64,000 nucleotides of DNA from an uncultured Gemmatimonadales bacterium (GTDB lineage: Bacteria > Gemmatimonadota > Gemmatimonadetes > Gemmatimonadales > GWC2-71-9): positions 576,001-640,000 of the forward strand of contig CAVYSW010000010.1 of assembly GCA_963771275.1 (NCBI GenBank). Direction: 5' to 3'. Of this stretch, positions 9,395 to 19,278 are shown one piece after another. Within the stretch, counting starts at the first letter, position 1. Each line of letters starts with the position of its first letter. The position numbers and the translations under genes were made by a program. A model generated the notes under the pieces. The model saw only the letters and a program-made list of their open reading frames with translations, had not been told where the DNA came from and did not search any database.

Positions 9395-10123
9395 TCAGAC
9401 GGCGGCGCGGAGTTCGTAGGGTAAGGCGCGAGCGAACGTGACACCCCGGATGACCGACCACCCGGCGTCCGCGAGCGCGGCAGCTGCGGCGCAGAGGGTC
9501 GCACCGGTCGTGAGCACGTCGTCCACCAATATAACCGCCCGTTCACCCGGCTTCCCGGTGGCGTGCTTCGCCCGGAACGCGCCGGCGACGTTCTTCGACC
9601 GCGCCTCGGGCGTGAGCGCGGTCTGCGTGCCGGTGTCGCGCGTGCGCGCCACGAGCGTCTCCGCGACCGGGAGTCGCCAGAGCGCACCGAGCCCGCGTGC
9701 GATCGCGGTCGCCTGATTGTAGCCACGGGTATGCAGGCGCCGTGGCGCGAGGGGAATCGGAACGAGGAGCGCGCCGGCGGGCCGCGGGAAGCAGCGACCG
9801 ATCAACTCCGCGGCCTCACGCCCGAGGGTCGGCAGTCCCTGGTACTTGAGGTGATGGACGACGGCTCGCGCCGGATCGTCGAGCCATACGGCGCTGCGCA
9901 CCTCCGCAAGCGCGGTCGGCCAATCGCGGCAGAAGCGGCACGGCGGGATCGGCGGCAGTGGCTGTCCGCAGCGGGCGCACCCGGCGGGCACCGACCGGAG
10001 CCGCGTGCGGCAGAGCCCGCAGAGCAGCCGATCGGGGGTCTGCTCCGGCATCGGCCGATCGCAGGCGACGCAGGCGTTGGGAAGCAGGAACCGCTCGAGC
10101 GCGCGGAGCAAGGTAACGGTCAC
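9395..10123 (-). CDS. comF: ComF family protein (double zinc ribbon + phosphoribosyltransferase)
   Basis: CVAC, CGLC, CARC and [21 protein letters not shown]. Confidence 0.88.
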   Translation of the reverse strand: MTVTLLRALERFLLPNACVACDRPMPEQTPDRLLCGLCRTRLRSVPAGCARCGQPLPPIPPCRFCRDWPTALAEVRSAVWLDDPARAVVHHLKYQGLPTLGREAAELIGRCFPRPAGALLVPIPLAPRRLHTRGYNQATAIARGLGALWRLPVAETLVARTRDTGTQTALTPEARSKNVAGAFRAKHATGKPGERAVILVDDVLTTGATLCAAAAALADAGWSVIRGVTFARALPYELRAAV

Positions 10124-10941
10124 GGGGCCAGCGCCCGGGCTACGGCGGCCCGCATCAGTTCCCGCGGCGCCCGCACGCCCGGGAAGAACCGCTCGAAGGC
10201 GTGCGCTCCCTGTGCCACAAGGAGGCCGCGGCCGTCGGCGGCGCGGAGACCGCCGGCACGGCAGGCGCGCACCCACGCGGTCTCCCCGGGGCGATACACC
10301 AGGTCGAGCGCGACGGCGGCGGCGCGCCAGCGCTCCGCCGGCAGCGGGTGGGGGTCGCCGGGCGCGAGGCCGAGCGGTGTCGCGTTGATCACGGTGCCGA
10401 CGGGTCGCGCGTCGTCCGGACGGACGTCGGGGTCGCCCTGCAGGGATCGGGCCCAGGTGCAGAACGTCCCGCCGCGCTCGGCGGTGCGCGCGTTGACGAG
10501 GAGCGGCACGCCGCGTCGCGCCGCGACGGCGGCGACGGCGCGCGCGGACCCGCCGGCGCCGATCACGAGCCACGGCGGCTCGGCGTCCAGCGCGGCGAGC
10601 GTCTCGTCCAGGCCCACCACATCCGTGTTGTCGCCGTGGAGCGCGCCACCGGCGATCCAGAACGTGTTGACCGCGCCCAAGGCGGCGGCGAGCGGCGTGA
10701 GGTGGGTGATGTGCGCCGCGGCAGCCTGCTTCAGGGGAACCGTGATGTTCCCGGCGATGCCGAGTGCGCCGCAGCCGTCCAGCGCCACCGGCAGCGTCGC
10801 CCGCGACACGCGGAGCGGGATGAACACGGCGTCCAGGCCGAGGCCGGCGATCGCGGCGTTGTGCATCTCGGGAGAGAGCGAGTGCGCGATCGGATCGCCG
10901 AGCACGGCGAGAACGCGGCTAGATCCCCGAATCCTGAGCAC
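10120..10941 (-). CDS. aroE: Shikimate dehydrogenase
   Basis: GDPIAHSLSP, NITVPLK, GAVNT, GDNTD, GAGGSARA and NATPLG motifs. Confidence 0.93.
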   Translation of the reverse strand: MLRIRGSSRVLAVLGDPIAHSLSPEMHNAAIAGLGLDAVFIPLRVSRATLPVALDGCGALGIAGNITVPLKQAAAAHITHLTPLAAALGAVNTFWIAGGALHGDNTDVVGLDETLAALDAEPPWLVIGAGGSARAVAAVAARRGVPLLVNARTAERGGTFCTWARSLQGDPDVRPDDARPVGTVINATPLGLAPGDPHPLPAERWRAAAVALDLVYRPGETAWVRACRAGGLRAADGRGLLVAQGAHAFERFFPGVRAPRELMRAAVARALAP

Positions 10942-11398
10942 CGCGCTCCTTCGTGAGGCGTCCCGCCGCGACGCGCACCAGCTCTTCGAGCTCGGAATAC
11001 GTGGTGCGGTACAGCTCGAGATCGCCGCCAAACGGGTCGCTCACCTCGGCCTCCGGCCCCGTCCGCCCGGCGTATTCGCCCAGCACGTGCGCCCGCGCCG
11101 CCGGGTCGAGTTCCTGGACCCGCGCTCGGTGGTGCCGCGCCATCGTGAGCACGAGATCGGCCTCGCGCAGCAACTCACGCGACACCAACCGAGCGCGGTG
11201 CGCCGACAGATCGAGCCCGTGCTCGAGCGCCACCAGATACGCCCCCTCGGAGGCCGGCGCGCCGTCCCAGGCCCCCGTCCCGGCGGATGACACCGTGAGG
11301 TCGGCGAGCCCCCGCGCCTCGGCTTCACGCTTCATCAGCGCCTCCGCCAGCGGGCTGCGGCACATGTTTCCCGTGCAGACGAACAGCACGTGGGTCAT
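10919..11398 (-). CDS. Low-molecular-weight protein phosphatase (YwlE-like; arginine or tyrosine)
   Basis: CTGNMCRS P-loop, SAGT and DPFGG; follows tsaC as in Bacillus ywlC..ywlE. Confidence 0.88.
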   Translation of the reverse strand: MTHVLFVCTGNMCRSPLAEALMKREAEARGLADLTVSSAGTGAWDGAPASEGAYLVALEHGLDLSAHRARLVSRELLREADLVLTMARHHRARVQELDPAARAHVLGEYAGRTGPEAEVSDPFGGDLELYRTTYSELEELVRVAAGRLTKERGAQDSGI

Positions 11399-12045
11399 GG
11401 CGCGAACCTCCCGACCCGCGCCTGCAGCTCGCCGCGGGGGATCGCGCCTTCCCGTACCAGGCGTGGCACCGGAGCCGTGCAGTCCACGACGGTGGATGGC
11501 GGGACGTTTCCCAGGACGCCGCCGTCCAGGACCAGGAGCCGACCCGCGGCGACGGCCGGTTCGAACACTTGCAGGATGGCACCGACGCCGGGGGCCGTCG
11601 GGGCGCCGGGCCGGTTGGCGGAGGTCGAGGTGAGCGGCACTCCGACGTACGCGATCAGCTCGGCCATGCCCTGGTGCGACGTCCAGCGGACGGCGATCCC
11701 TCCCTCCGAGCCACGCAGTGAATCGGGCAACCCGCGCCCGCCGGGCAGGATGAGCGTGACCGCACCGGGCCAGAACGCGTCCGCCAGCGCGGCGGCCGCC
11801 GCCGTGAACAGCAGGCCGTGCTGCTCCGCCATGCGCCGGCTCGCCACCAGCAGCAAGAACGGCTTGCCTTGCGGCCTGCCCTTCAGCTGCGAGAGCGCCG
11901 CGACGTCACGCACCGTGGCGCGGGATCCCAGCCCGTACACCGTCTCCGTCGGATAGGCCAGCAACCCGCCTTCGGCGAGGTGCGCCGCGACGCGCGGCGC
12001 GGCGGCGGCACACTGCTCCGCCGTCTGGAACGGGAGCGCGGTCAT
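11395..12045 (-). CDS. tsaC: L-threonylcarbamoyladenylate synthase (TsaC/Sua5 family)
   Basis: YPTETVYGLG, KGRP, FWPGAVT, STSAN and PSTVVD motifs. Confidence 0.92.
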   Translation of the reverse strand: MTALPFQTAEQCAAAAPRVAAHLAEGGLLAYPTETVYGLGSRATVRDVAALSQLKGRPQGKPFLLLVASRRMAEQHGLLFTAAAAALADAFWPGAVTLILPGGRGLPDSLRGSEGGIAVRWTSHQGMAELIAYVGVPLTSTSANRPGAPTAPGVGAILQVFEPAVAAGRLLVLDGGVLGNVPPSTVVDCTAPVPRLVREGAIPRGELQARVGRFAP

Positions 12046-12746
12046 GTGCGCGCCAGCGCCTCCGCGAGGACGAAGTCGTCCGCGCTCGTCACCTTGAAGT
12101 TGGCCGCACGACCGGGCACCAGCACCACGGAGCGACCCAGCGCCTCGACGAGTCCGGCGTCATCCGTCGCGGCCGCCGCGTCGCCGGCCGCGCGATACGC
12201 CTCCTCCAGCATGGCGCGCGGAAACCCCTGGGGGGTGAGCGCGTGCCAGAGGCCGTTCCGCGGCACGGTGCGCTCGACCCGGCCGGCGTCCGATGCCTGC
12301 TTCAGCGTATCGGAGACGGGCAGCGCAACCAGCGCGCCGACCCCCGCCGCCGCCGCGGTGATCACGCCCTCGATCTCCTCGAAGCTGACGAACGGGCGGG
12401 CCGCGTCATGCACCAGCACGAGGCGGCAGTCGGCGTCGAGCGCCCGCAGCGCCGCGCGCACCGACGCGGTGCGCGTGGCGCCGCCGGCGACGAGGGTGAG
12501 CCGTTCACCACGCAGATCGGCGAGCCACGCCGGGGGTCGGGCGACGAACTCCGGCGGCAGGGCGACGACGATCCGGCGGACGCGCGGGTGCTGCGCGAAG
12601 GGGCGGATCGCGCGCAGCAGCATCGGGACGCCGGCGATCGGACGAAACTGCTTGGGCTCGCCCGTGCCGGCGCGCTCGCCGCGGCCGGCCGCCGGGATCA
12701 GGACGCCGACGTCAGGCGGCGAGGCGTGCGCTGAGTTCGGCGACAT
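12042..12746 (-). CDS. ispD: 2-C-methyl-D-erythritol 4-phosphate cytidylyltransferase
   Basis: PAAGRGER, PKQF, VHDAARP, TPQGF, TDDA and NFKVT motifs. Confidence 0.93.
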   Translation of the reverse strand: MSPNSAHASPPDVGVLIPAAGRGERAGTGEPKQFRPIAGVPMLLRAIRPFAQHPRVRRIVVALPPEFVARPPAWLADLRGERLTLVAGGATRTASVRAALRALDADCRLVLVHDAARPFVSFEEIEGVITAAAAGVGALVALPVSDTLKQASDAGRVERTVPRNGLWHALTPQGFPRAMLEEAYRAAGDAAAATDDAGLVEALGRSVVLVPGRAANFKVTSADDFVLAEALART

Positions 12747-14076
12747 GGGCGATCGGGATCAGCTCGATCCTGGACGCCGGCTGGCTGCGGGCCGACACGA
12801 ACGCCCGCCGGAAGCCCTGGCGCTCGACCTCGGCGAGCCGGCGCTCGGTCGCGACCACGGGGCGGATCTCCCCGCCGAGTCCCACCTCGCCGAGGAACAC
12901 CGCGTCGGCCGGCAGCGCGCGATCGGTGACGCTGGACATCAGCGCGGCGACCACGGCGAGGTCCGAGGCCGGCTCGACCAGGCGAACGCCGCCGGTGACG
13001 TTGACGAACACATCGAGGTCGTGGAACGGGAACCCGCCGCGCCGCTCGAGCACGGCGAGCAGCACGGCGAGGCGGCGGTGCTCGAGACCGGTGGCGACCC
13101 GTTGTGGGGTCCCGAACCCGGCCTTGGCGGCGAGCGCCTGAATCTCGATCAGCACGGGCCGGGTGCCTTCGAGCAGGGCGGTCACCGCCGATCCGGCGGT
13201 CTGGTCGAACCGGCCGGTCAGGAAGGCCGCCGACGGGTTCCCGACCGGGACGAGCCCTGCCGCGGTCATCTCGAAGATCCCCACCTCGTCCACCGAGCCG
13301 AACCGGTTCTTCACGGCGCGGAGGACACGGAAGCCGCTGCTCGGCTCCCCTTCGAAGTAGACCACGGTGTCGACCATGTGCTCGAGCGTCTTGGGCCCCG
13401 CGATGATCCCGCCGCGCGTCACGTGCCCGACCAGCACGACCGTCGCGCCCGAGCCCTTGGCGAAGCGCATCAGCCGGGCGGCGCACTCGCGCACCTGCCC
13501 CACGTTGCCCGGAGCGCCTTCGAGGTCATCGGTGTAGCTGGTCTGGATCGAGTCCACGACGACGACCTGGGATCCGGCGGCCGCGGCGTGCCCCACGATG
13601 GCGTCGACACGGATCTCGGGCACGACGAGCACCGCGCCGGCATCCTCCGTGATCCGGTCCGCCCGGAGCCGCACCTGCTCGACCGATTCCTCGCCGGCGG
13701 CATACAGCGTTGGCACGCCCTGCGCCTGGAGGCGGGCGGCCGCCTGGAGCAGCAGCGTGGACTTGCCGATCCCCGGCTCGCCGCCGATCAGGACGAGCGA
13801 GCCGGGCACGAGCCCACCGCCGAGCACCCAGTCGAGCTCCGCGAGGCCAGTCGAGAGACGCGGGGTGCGATCGCTGGAAACGGCGGACAGGCGGACGGGC
13901 TGATGATCCGCATCGCCCCCGCGCGGGCCCGCCGGGCCCCCGTGTGCCCGTGGGCGCTCGACGACTTCCTCCACGAGCGTGTTCCACGCGCCACAGTCGT
14001 CGCAACGGCCGGCCCACTTGGGGTGGTCCGCGCCGCACTCGGCACAGCGGAACACGGAGCGTCGCCTAGGGGGCAC
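12712..14076 (-). CDS. radA: DNA repair protein RadA/Sms
   Basis: CAECG...WAGRCDDCGAW zinc finger, GEPGIGKS and KNRFG motifs. Confidence 0.96.
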   Translation of the reverse strand: MPPRRRSVFRCAECGADHPKWAGRCDDCGAWNTLVEEVVERPRAHGGPAGPRGGDADHQPVRLSAVSSDRTPRLSTGLAELDWVLGGGLVPGSLVLIGGEPGIGKSTLLLQAAARLQAQGVPTLYAAGEESVEQVRLRADRITEDAGAVLVVPEIRVDAIVGHAAAAGSQVVVVDSIQTSYTDDLEGAPGNVGQVRECAARLMRFAKGSGATVVLVGHVTRGGIIAGPKTLEHMVDTVVYFEGEPSSGFRVLRAVKNRFGSVDEVGIFEMTAAGLVPVGNPSAAFLTGRFDQTAGSAVTALLEGTRPVLIEIQALAAKAGFGTPQRVATGLEHRRLAVLLAVLERRGGFPFHDLDVFVNVTGGVRLVEPASDLAVVAALMSSVTDRALPADAVFLGEVGLGGEIRPVVATERRLAEVERQGFRRAFVSARSQPASRIELIPIAHVAELSARLAA

Positions 14077-15469
14077 CCGGGCCCTCGGACGCGCGCTCGG
14101 TGTAGTTCTCGAAGCGCGTATGCTGCTTGAGGAAGGCGAGCTTCACAGTGCCGGTCGGTCCGTTCCGGTGTTTGGAGAGAATCACCTCCGCCAGGCCCTC
14201 GTCACCCTCGTCCCGCTGCACGACGCCCGGGTACATCTCCGCGCGGTAGATGAAGATCACCAGATCGGCGTCCTGCTCGATCGCGCCGGAATCGCGCAGG
14301 TCGGAGAGCACCGGGCGGCGGTCTCCGCCGCGTTGCTCGGGCGCGCGGGACAGCTGCGACAGCGCGACCACCGGCGTGTCCAGCTCCCGGGCGAGCGCCT
14401 TGAGCGACCGCGAGATGTAGCTGATCTCCTCCTGCCGGCTCTCGGCGCGGGTCGACCCCCGGATCAGCTGGAGATAGTCGACGACGAACAGCCCGATGTC
14501 GTGCTCGGCCTTGAGTCGCCGCGCCTTCGAGCGCAGCTCCAGCAGGGTCAGGGCCGGCGTGTCGTCGATCCAGATCGGCGCGGTCCCCAGCAGGCCCGCC
14601 GCGCGGGAGAGCTTGGGGTAGTCGTCGGCGCGCAGCCCGCCGCTCCGCAACCGGTGGAGATCCACGAAGGCCTCGGCCGCGAGCAGCCGCTCGACCAGCT
14701 GATCCTTCGACATCTCGAGCGAGAAGACCGCCACCGGCACCTTGTGCTCGAGCGCCGCGTTCGCCGCGACGTTGAGGCAAAACGACGTCTTGCCCATGGA
14801 GGGTCGAGCCGCCACGATGATCAGATCGCTCCGCTGGAAGCCGTTCGTCTTCTCGTCCAAATCTGTGAAGCCACTCGGCACCCCGCGTACCGATTCATCG
14901 CCGCGGTCCCGCGCTTCGATGCGCTCCATCGCCTGCCACATCAGCTCCTTGATGCGGACGACCTCCTGCGTGCCGCGGGCGTTGGACACCTCGAAGACGC
15001 GCTGCTCGGCCTCGTCGAGCAGCGTCCCGACATCGTGACGCCCCTCGTAGGCGGCCTGCACCAGATGCGTCCCGACGTCGATCAGGCGCCGCAGCAGCGC
15101 CTTCTCGCGGACGATCCGCGCGTGAAACTCGATGTTGGCGGCGGTGGGGACGACGTCCAGCAGCTCGGCGATGTACTCGAGGCCCCCCGCGGCCTCGAGA
15201 TCCCCCCGACGGGACAGCGCGTCGCGCAGCACCACGGGGTCGAGCACGTCGCCGCGGTCCACGATCTCGGCCATCGCCCGGAACATGCGGCGGTGGGCGT
15301 CCCGGTAGAACGCGGTGTCGTCCAGGGCCTGGACGGCCTTGAGCGCCGCGTCCTGGTCGAGCAGCATGGCGCCCAGCACCGCCTGCTCAGCTTCGGGACT
15401 CCACGGCGCCTGCCGCAGCGCCGGTTCGGCGCTACCGGTCGAGGAGCTGACGGGCGATACGGACGTCAT
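14066..15469 (-). CDS. dnaB: Replicative DNA helicase
   Basis: AEQAVLG, AARPSMGKT, VDYLQL, LSDLRDSGAIEQDAD and KHRNGP motifs; no intein. Confidence 0.97.
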   Translation of the reverse strand: MTSVSPVSSSTGSAEPALRQAPWSPEAEQAVLGAMLLDQDAALKAVQALDDTAFYRDAHRRMFRAMAEIVDRGDVLDPVVLRDALSRRGDLEAAGGLEYIAELLDVVPTAANIEFHARIVREKALLRRLIDVGTHLVQAAYEGRHDVGTLLDEAEQRVFEVSNARGTQEVVRIKELMWQAMERIEARDRGDESVRGVPSGFTDLDEKTNGFQRSDLIIVAARPSMGKTSFCLNVAANAALEHKVPVAVFSLEMSKDQLVERLLAAEAFVDLHRLRSGGLRADDYPKLSRAAGLLGTAPIWIDDTPALTLLELRSKARRLKAEHDIGLFVVDYLQLIRGSTRAESRQEEISYISRSLKALARELDTPVVALSQLSRAPEQRGGDRRPVLSDLRDSGAIEQDADLVIFIYRAEMYPGVVQRDEGDEGLAEVILSKHRNGPTGTVKLAFLKQHTRFENYTERASEGPGAP

Positions 15470-16277
15470 CCCAGGCGGGTCGCTTCCAGTTCGGGTTCCG
15501 CAGCAGCGCTGCGGGGTGATAGGTGACGATCAGCGGGGTGCCGCGCCACTCGTGCACCTTGTTTCGCAGCGCGGACAACGACGCCTTGCTCCCCAGCAGG
15601 GCCTCCGCCGCCGTCGCACCCAGTGCGACGATAACCTTTGGGCCGATGATGGCAAGCTGGCGGTGCAGGAACGGGAGGCATGCCTCCATCTCGTCGGCCA
15701 TCGGCTTGCGGTTCTCGGGTGCCCGGCACTTCACCACGTTGCAGATGTACACCGTCTCGCGCGGGCAGCCGATGGCGGCAAGGATGTCGTTGAGCAGCTC
15801 CCCCGCCCGCCCGACGAACGGCCGGCCCTGCTGGTCCTCGTTCGCGCCCGGACCCTCCCCCACGACGACGAGGCGGGCATCGGTCGGCCCTTCACCGGGG
15901 ACCGCATGGGTCCGGCCTTGGTGCAGCCGGCACTGGGTGCACCGGTGGACCATGCGCTCGACGTCCGCCATCGCCGCGCCGGCCAGCGGGTCCGCCGCGA
16001 ACAGGTCGCGTGCGGGCGCGTCGACGACCAACCCCTTGCCCGGGATCGGCGGCAGGTCCTTCTGCCAGGCGGGGCTGCCCCGCCGGCCCCTCACCACTGC
16101 CCCTCCTCCCGCTCCTGCACCCCTCTGCTCTCCTCCCCCCGCCGCTCCCGCCGCACGGTGGGGCGGAGGGGGCGGAGCGGGCAGAGCTGGAGAGGAGACT
16201 CCCAGCACCAGAGGGGGCTGTCCCAGCTCGATCTGTTGGGCCAGGTATCGCCGCGCCAGGTCCCGAGCGTCGTTCAC
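15432..16277 (-). CDS. Uracil-DNA glycosylase family 4 (Fe-S), with low-complexity N-terminal linker
   Basis: CTQCRL, GEGPG, PFVGRAG, NVVKCR and YHPAALL motifs; GTG overlaps the coaBC stop. Confidence 0.92.
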   Translation of the reverse strand: MNDARDLARRYLAQQIELGQPPLVLGVSSPALPAPPPPPHRAAGAAGGGEQRGAGAGGGAVVRGRRGSPAWQKDLPPIPGKGLVVDAPARDLFAADPLAGAAMADVERMVHRCTQCRLHQGRTHAVPGEGPTDARLVVVGEGPGANEDQQGRPFVGRAGELLNDILAAIGCPRETVYICNVVKCRAPENRKPMADEMEACLPFLHRQLAIIGPKVIVALGATAAEALLGSKASLSALRNKVHEWRGTPLIVTYHPAALLRNPNWKRPAWDDVRIARQLLDR

Positions 16278-17464
16278 AACAGGGCTTCCACCGCGTCGAG
16301 AATCCGCTCGGCCGCATCCTCCTTGGCTTCGAGCGGCCCCGCCACGGCCCGCTCGGCGGTCACCAGCGTCACGCGGTTGGTGGCGACCTCCGCTCCGGCG
16401 TCCGGTTCCACCATGTTGAGCACCACGAGGTCGAGTGCCTTGCGGCTCAGCTTGGCGCGCGCCCTGGCCACGCCGTCGTCGGTCTCGTAGGCGAATCCCA
16501 CCACGAGCGCGCCCGGCTTGCGCCGCTCGCGGGTGCTGACGAGAACGTCCGGTGTCGGCTCGAGCGAAAGGGCCAGGGCGCCTTCCTCGCGCACGCGCTT
16601 GCCGGTCGCTGGGCTGGTCGGGCGAAAGTCCGCCGGGGCGGCCGCCATCAGCAGCACGTCCGTCGTCGGGAGATGGCGACCGACCGCGGCCTGGAGGTCT
16701 GCCGTGGTCTCCACCCGCTCGACCGCGGGGCCGTACGGTGGGGTGAGCAGCGTCGGGCCGACGACGAGCGTCACCTCCGCGCCGCGCGAGAAGGCCGCCT
16801 GCGCCAAGGCAAACCCCATCCGCCCACTCGACCGGTTGGTGATGACGCGGATCGGGTCGAGCCGCTCGCGCGTCGGGCCCGCCGTGACGAGGACGCGCCG
16901 TCCCCGCAAGCTGCTCGCCGGGCCCCGCAGCAGGCGCTCCACCTCCGCGAAGATCTCCTCGGGCTCGCTCATGCGACCCGGCCGGTCGCTCGGGCCCTCG
17001 GCAAGCGGGCCCGCGACGGGGCCGATGAACGACCACCCGCGGTTGCGCAGCGTTGCGAGATTCGCCTGGGTTGCCGGATGCGCGAACATCGCGTCGTTCA
17101 TGGCCGGCGCCGCGAGCACCGGGCCGGTCCGCGCGAGGAGAATGGCGGTGAGCAGGTCGTCCGCCAGTCCCAGCGCCGCGCGCGCGAGCAGGTGCGCGGT
17201 TGCCGGGGCCAGCAGCAGGAGATCGGGCTGGCGGGCGAGGGAGATGTGCGCGAGTGCCCGGCCCGGCTCCCACAGCGAGCCGAGGACCGGGCGCCCGGTC
17301 AGTGCCTCAAACGTCACGGGTCGGACAAACTCGGCAGCGGACGCCGTGAGCGCCACGTCCACCACCGCTCCCGAGTCCACGAGCCGGCGGGCGAGCGTGC
17401 ACGCCTTGTAGCTCGCGATCCCGCCCGACACGCCCAGGAGTACGTGCCGGCCGGTGAGCGTCAC
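16274..17464 (-). CDS. coaBC: Phosphopantothenoylcysteine decarboxylase/ligase
   Basis: GGIASYK, APATA, PAMN, TAGPTRE and NRSSGRMG motifs. Confidence 0.95.
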   Translation of the reverse strand: MTLTGRHVLLGVSGGIASYKACTLARRLVDSGAVVDVALTASAAEFVRPVTFEALTGRPVLGSLWEPGRALAHISLARQPDLLLLAPATAHLLARAALGLADDLLTAILLARTGPVLAAPAMNDAMFAHPATQANLATLRNRGWSFIGPVAGPLAEGPSDRPGRMSEPEEIFAEVERLLRGPASSLRGRRVLVTAGPTRERLDPIRVITNRSSGRMGFALAQAAFSRGAEVTLVVGPTLLTPPYGPAVERVETTADLQAAVGRHLPTTDVLLMAAAPADFRPTSPATGKRVREEGALALSLEPTPDVLVSTRERRKPGALVVGFAYETDDGVARARAKLSRKALDLVVLNMVEPDAGAEVATNRVTLVTAERAVAGPLEAKEDAAERILDAVEALL

Positions 17465-17673
17465 GTCTCCTGCCGGCGCCGGCGGACGAGTCGGTAGGTC
17501 AGACGGCCCTGCGCCAGCTCCTCGAGGGCGCGGGTCGTGAGCTTCTTCTCCAGCTCGATCGAGCGATCGCGCGGGAAATCGTTGACGAACCGGGCGAACT
17601 TCGCCGCGACGAGGACGCCGAGGTACTTGTTGGCGGCGCGTTGCGCGACCGTGTGCGGGGTGAAGATCTGCAT
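17461..17673 (-). CDS. rpoZ: RNA polymerase omega subunit
   Basis: NKYLGVLVAAK...RALEEL; gmk-rpoZ-coaBC synteny. Confidence 0.85.
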   Translation of the reverse strand: MQIFTPHTVAQRAANKYLGVLVAAKFARFVNDFPRDRSIELEKKLTTRALEELAQGRLTYRLVRRRRQET

Positions 17674-17698
17674 GCCTGTGTCTCTGATCCTTCCGTGC

Positions 17699-18343
17699 CT
17701 ACGTGCGTTCCAGCAGATCCGCCTGCGCGGCGATCTGGCGGGCCAAGGCCCGCAGTGAGTCGGGCAGCTCCGGGAGTCGCCCCGGCCGCCGCGATTCGGC
17801 GTCGATGATCGCGGCCACCTCCGCCACCGCCTGTGTACGGTCGGTGTTCACCACCAGATAGTCGTACTGCGCGGCGTCCCCCAGCTCCTCGACCGCGCGC
17901 CGGAGCCGCTTGACCAAGTCCTTGGGCCGCTCGGTGTTACGTCCACCCAGCCGGTCCACCAGCGCCTGTGCCGATGGGGGAATAATAAAGACACTCACGA
18001 CGTTTTGGCACCGCTCGCGGATCGCGCGGGCTCCCTGCACCTCGATGTCCAGCACGACGTGGCGCCCCGACCCGAGCACCCGGTCGAGTTCGGCTGCGAG
18101 GGTGCCGTACCGGTGCCCGCCATATTCGGCCGTCTCGAGGAACTCCCCCGCGGCCAGTCGGCGCTCGAACTCCTCGCGTGGGAGGAAGTAGTAGTCCGTG
18201 CCGTCGCGCTCGCCGGGCCGCGGCGCCCGGGTCGTGGCGGACACGCTGTAGCCCAGGTCCTCGCGGGCCGCGAGCAGCGCCTTGGCGATGGTGGTCTTGC
18301 CGCCGCCGGATGGCGCCGAGAGCACGAGCAGGAACGGCTTCAC
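17699..18343 (-). CDS. gmk: Guanylate kinase
   Basis: SAPSGGGKTT, SVSATTRAPRPGE, DYYF, YGT and DIEVQG motifs. Confidence 0.95.
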   Translation of the reverse strand: MKPFLLVLSAPSGGGKTTIAKALLAAREDLGYSVSATTRAPRPGERDGTDYYFLPREEFERRLAAGEFLETAEYGGHRYGTLAAELDRVLGSGRHVVLDIEVQGARAIRERCQNVVSVFIIPPSAQALVDRLGGRNTERPKDLVKRLRRAVEELGDAAQYDYLVVNTDRTQAVAEVAAIIDAESRRPGRLPELPDSLRALARQIAAQADLLERT

Positions 18344-19218
18344 TCGAGGTTCTCCAGTTGCTCGCGAAACCGCTCCAGCTCCTGCTTCATGTCGATGACC
18401 ACCTGGGCGATGGCCGCGTCGTTGGCCTTCGAGCCGATCGTGTTGATCTCGCGGAGAATCTCCTGTCCGAGAAAGCCGAGCCGGCGCCCGGGCGCGGCCT
18501 CGGCGCGAAGCGCCTCCCAGGCCGCGTCGAGGTGTGTGGCGAGTCGCACCATTTCCTCGGTGACGTCGAGCCGGTCCGCCAGCAATGCGATCTCCTGCGC
18601 CAGGCGCTGCGGGTCGGGCTCCCGGCCTTCCAGCAGCTCCCGCACCGCCGCCCGCAGGCGGTCGTGCTCGGCCGTGAGGCGCTCGGGCGCCCGGCGCCGC
18701 ACGTGGTCGAGGCCCTGCCGGATGAGGTCGAGCCGCAGCTCGAGCTCGCCGACGAGAACGGCCCCTTCGCGCTCGCGCATCGCGAGGACGCCGGCCAGCG
18801 CCCCGTTGACGATCGCCAGGACCGCCGTGCCGTCGATCGTCGGCTCCGCGCCGGCCGCGTCGAAGCGCAGCACCTCGGGCTGCCGCGCCACGAATTGCAG
18901 GTCGATGGCGCCCGGGAGATCGAGCGCGGCGCGCAGCTGCGCGAGCGCCACCAGGACCGACCGCGCCCGGTCGACGTCCACCGTGACGAGGTCCCGGCTC
19001 ACGGGCTCCTCCAGCCAGCGGGCCGACACGCTCACGTGGCCGCGCTCGAGGCGACCGCGCAGATGCTGGCGGAACGTCTCCTCCAACGGCTGCAGCGCGG
19101 GCGGGAGCCGCAGCTGGACGTTGAAGTGCCGGTGATTGACCGTGCGGATCTCGACCTGGAGGCGACCGCCCGCGACGGGGCCGTCCGCTACTCCGAAGCC
19201 GGTCATGGAGCGGGCCAC
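18340..19218 (-). CDS. yicC: YicC/YloC family endoribonuclease
   Basis: SMTGFG, TVNHR, DVTEE, GRRLGFLGQEILREINTIGSK and REQLENLE motifs. Confidence 0.93.
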   Translation of the reverse strand: MARSMTGFGVADGPVAGGRLQVEIRTVNHRHFNVQLRLPPALQPLEETFRQHLRGRLERGHVSVSARWLEEPVSRDLVTVDVDRARSVLVALAQLRAALDLPGAIDLQFVARQPEVLRFDAAGAEPTIDGTAVLAIVNGALAGVLAMREREGAVLVGELELRLDLIRQGLDHVRRRAPERLTAEHDRLRAAVRELLEGREPDPQRLAQEIALLADRLDVTEEMVRLATHLDAAWEALRAEAAPGRRLGFLGQEILREINTIGSKANDAAIAQVVIDMKQELERFREQLENLE

Positions 19219-19278
19219 GGGAATGCGCTTCCTTCCGGACTCGTGGGGGCGAAAGGTATGTGGGAGAAGGAAGGGCCG

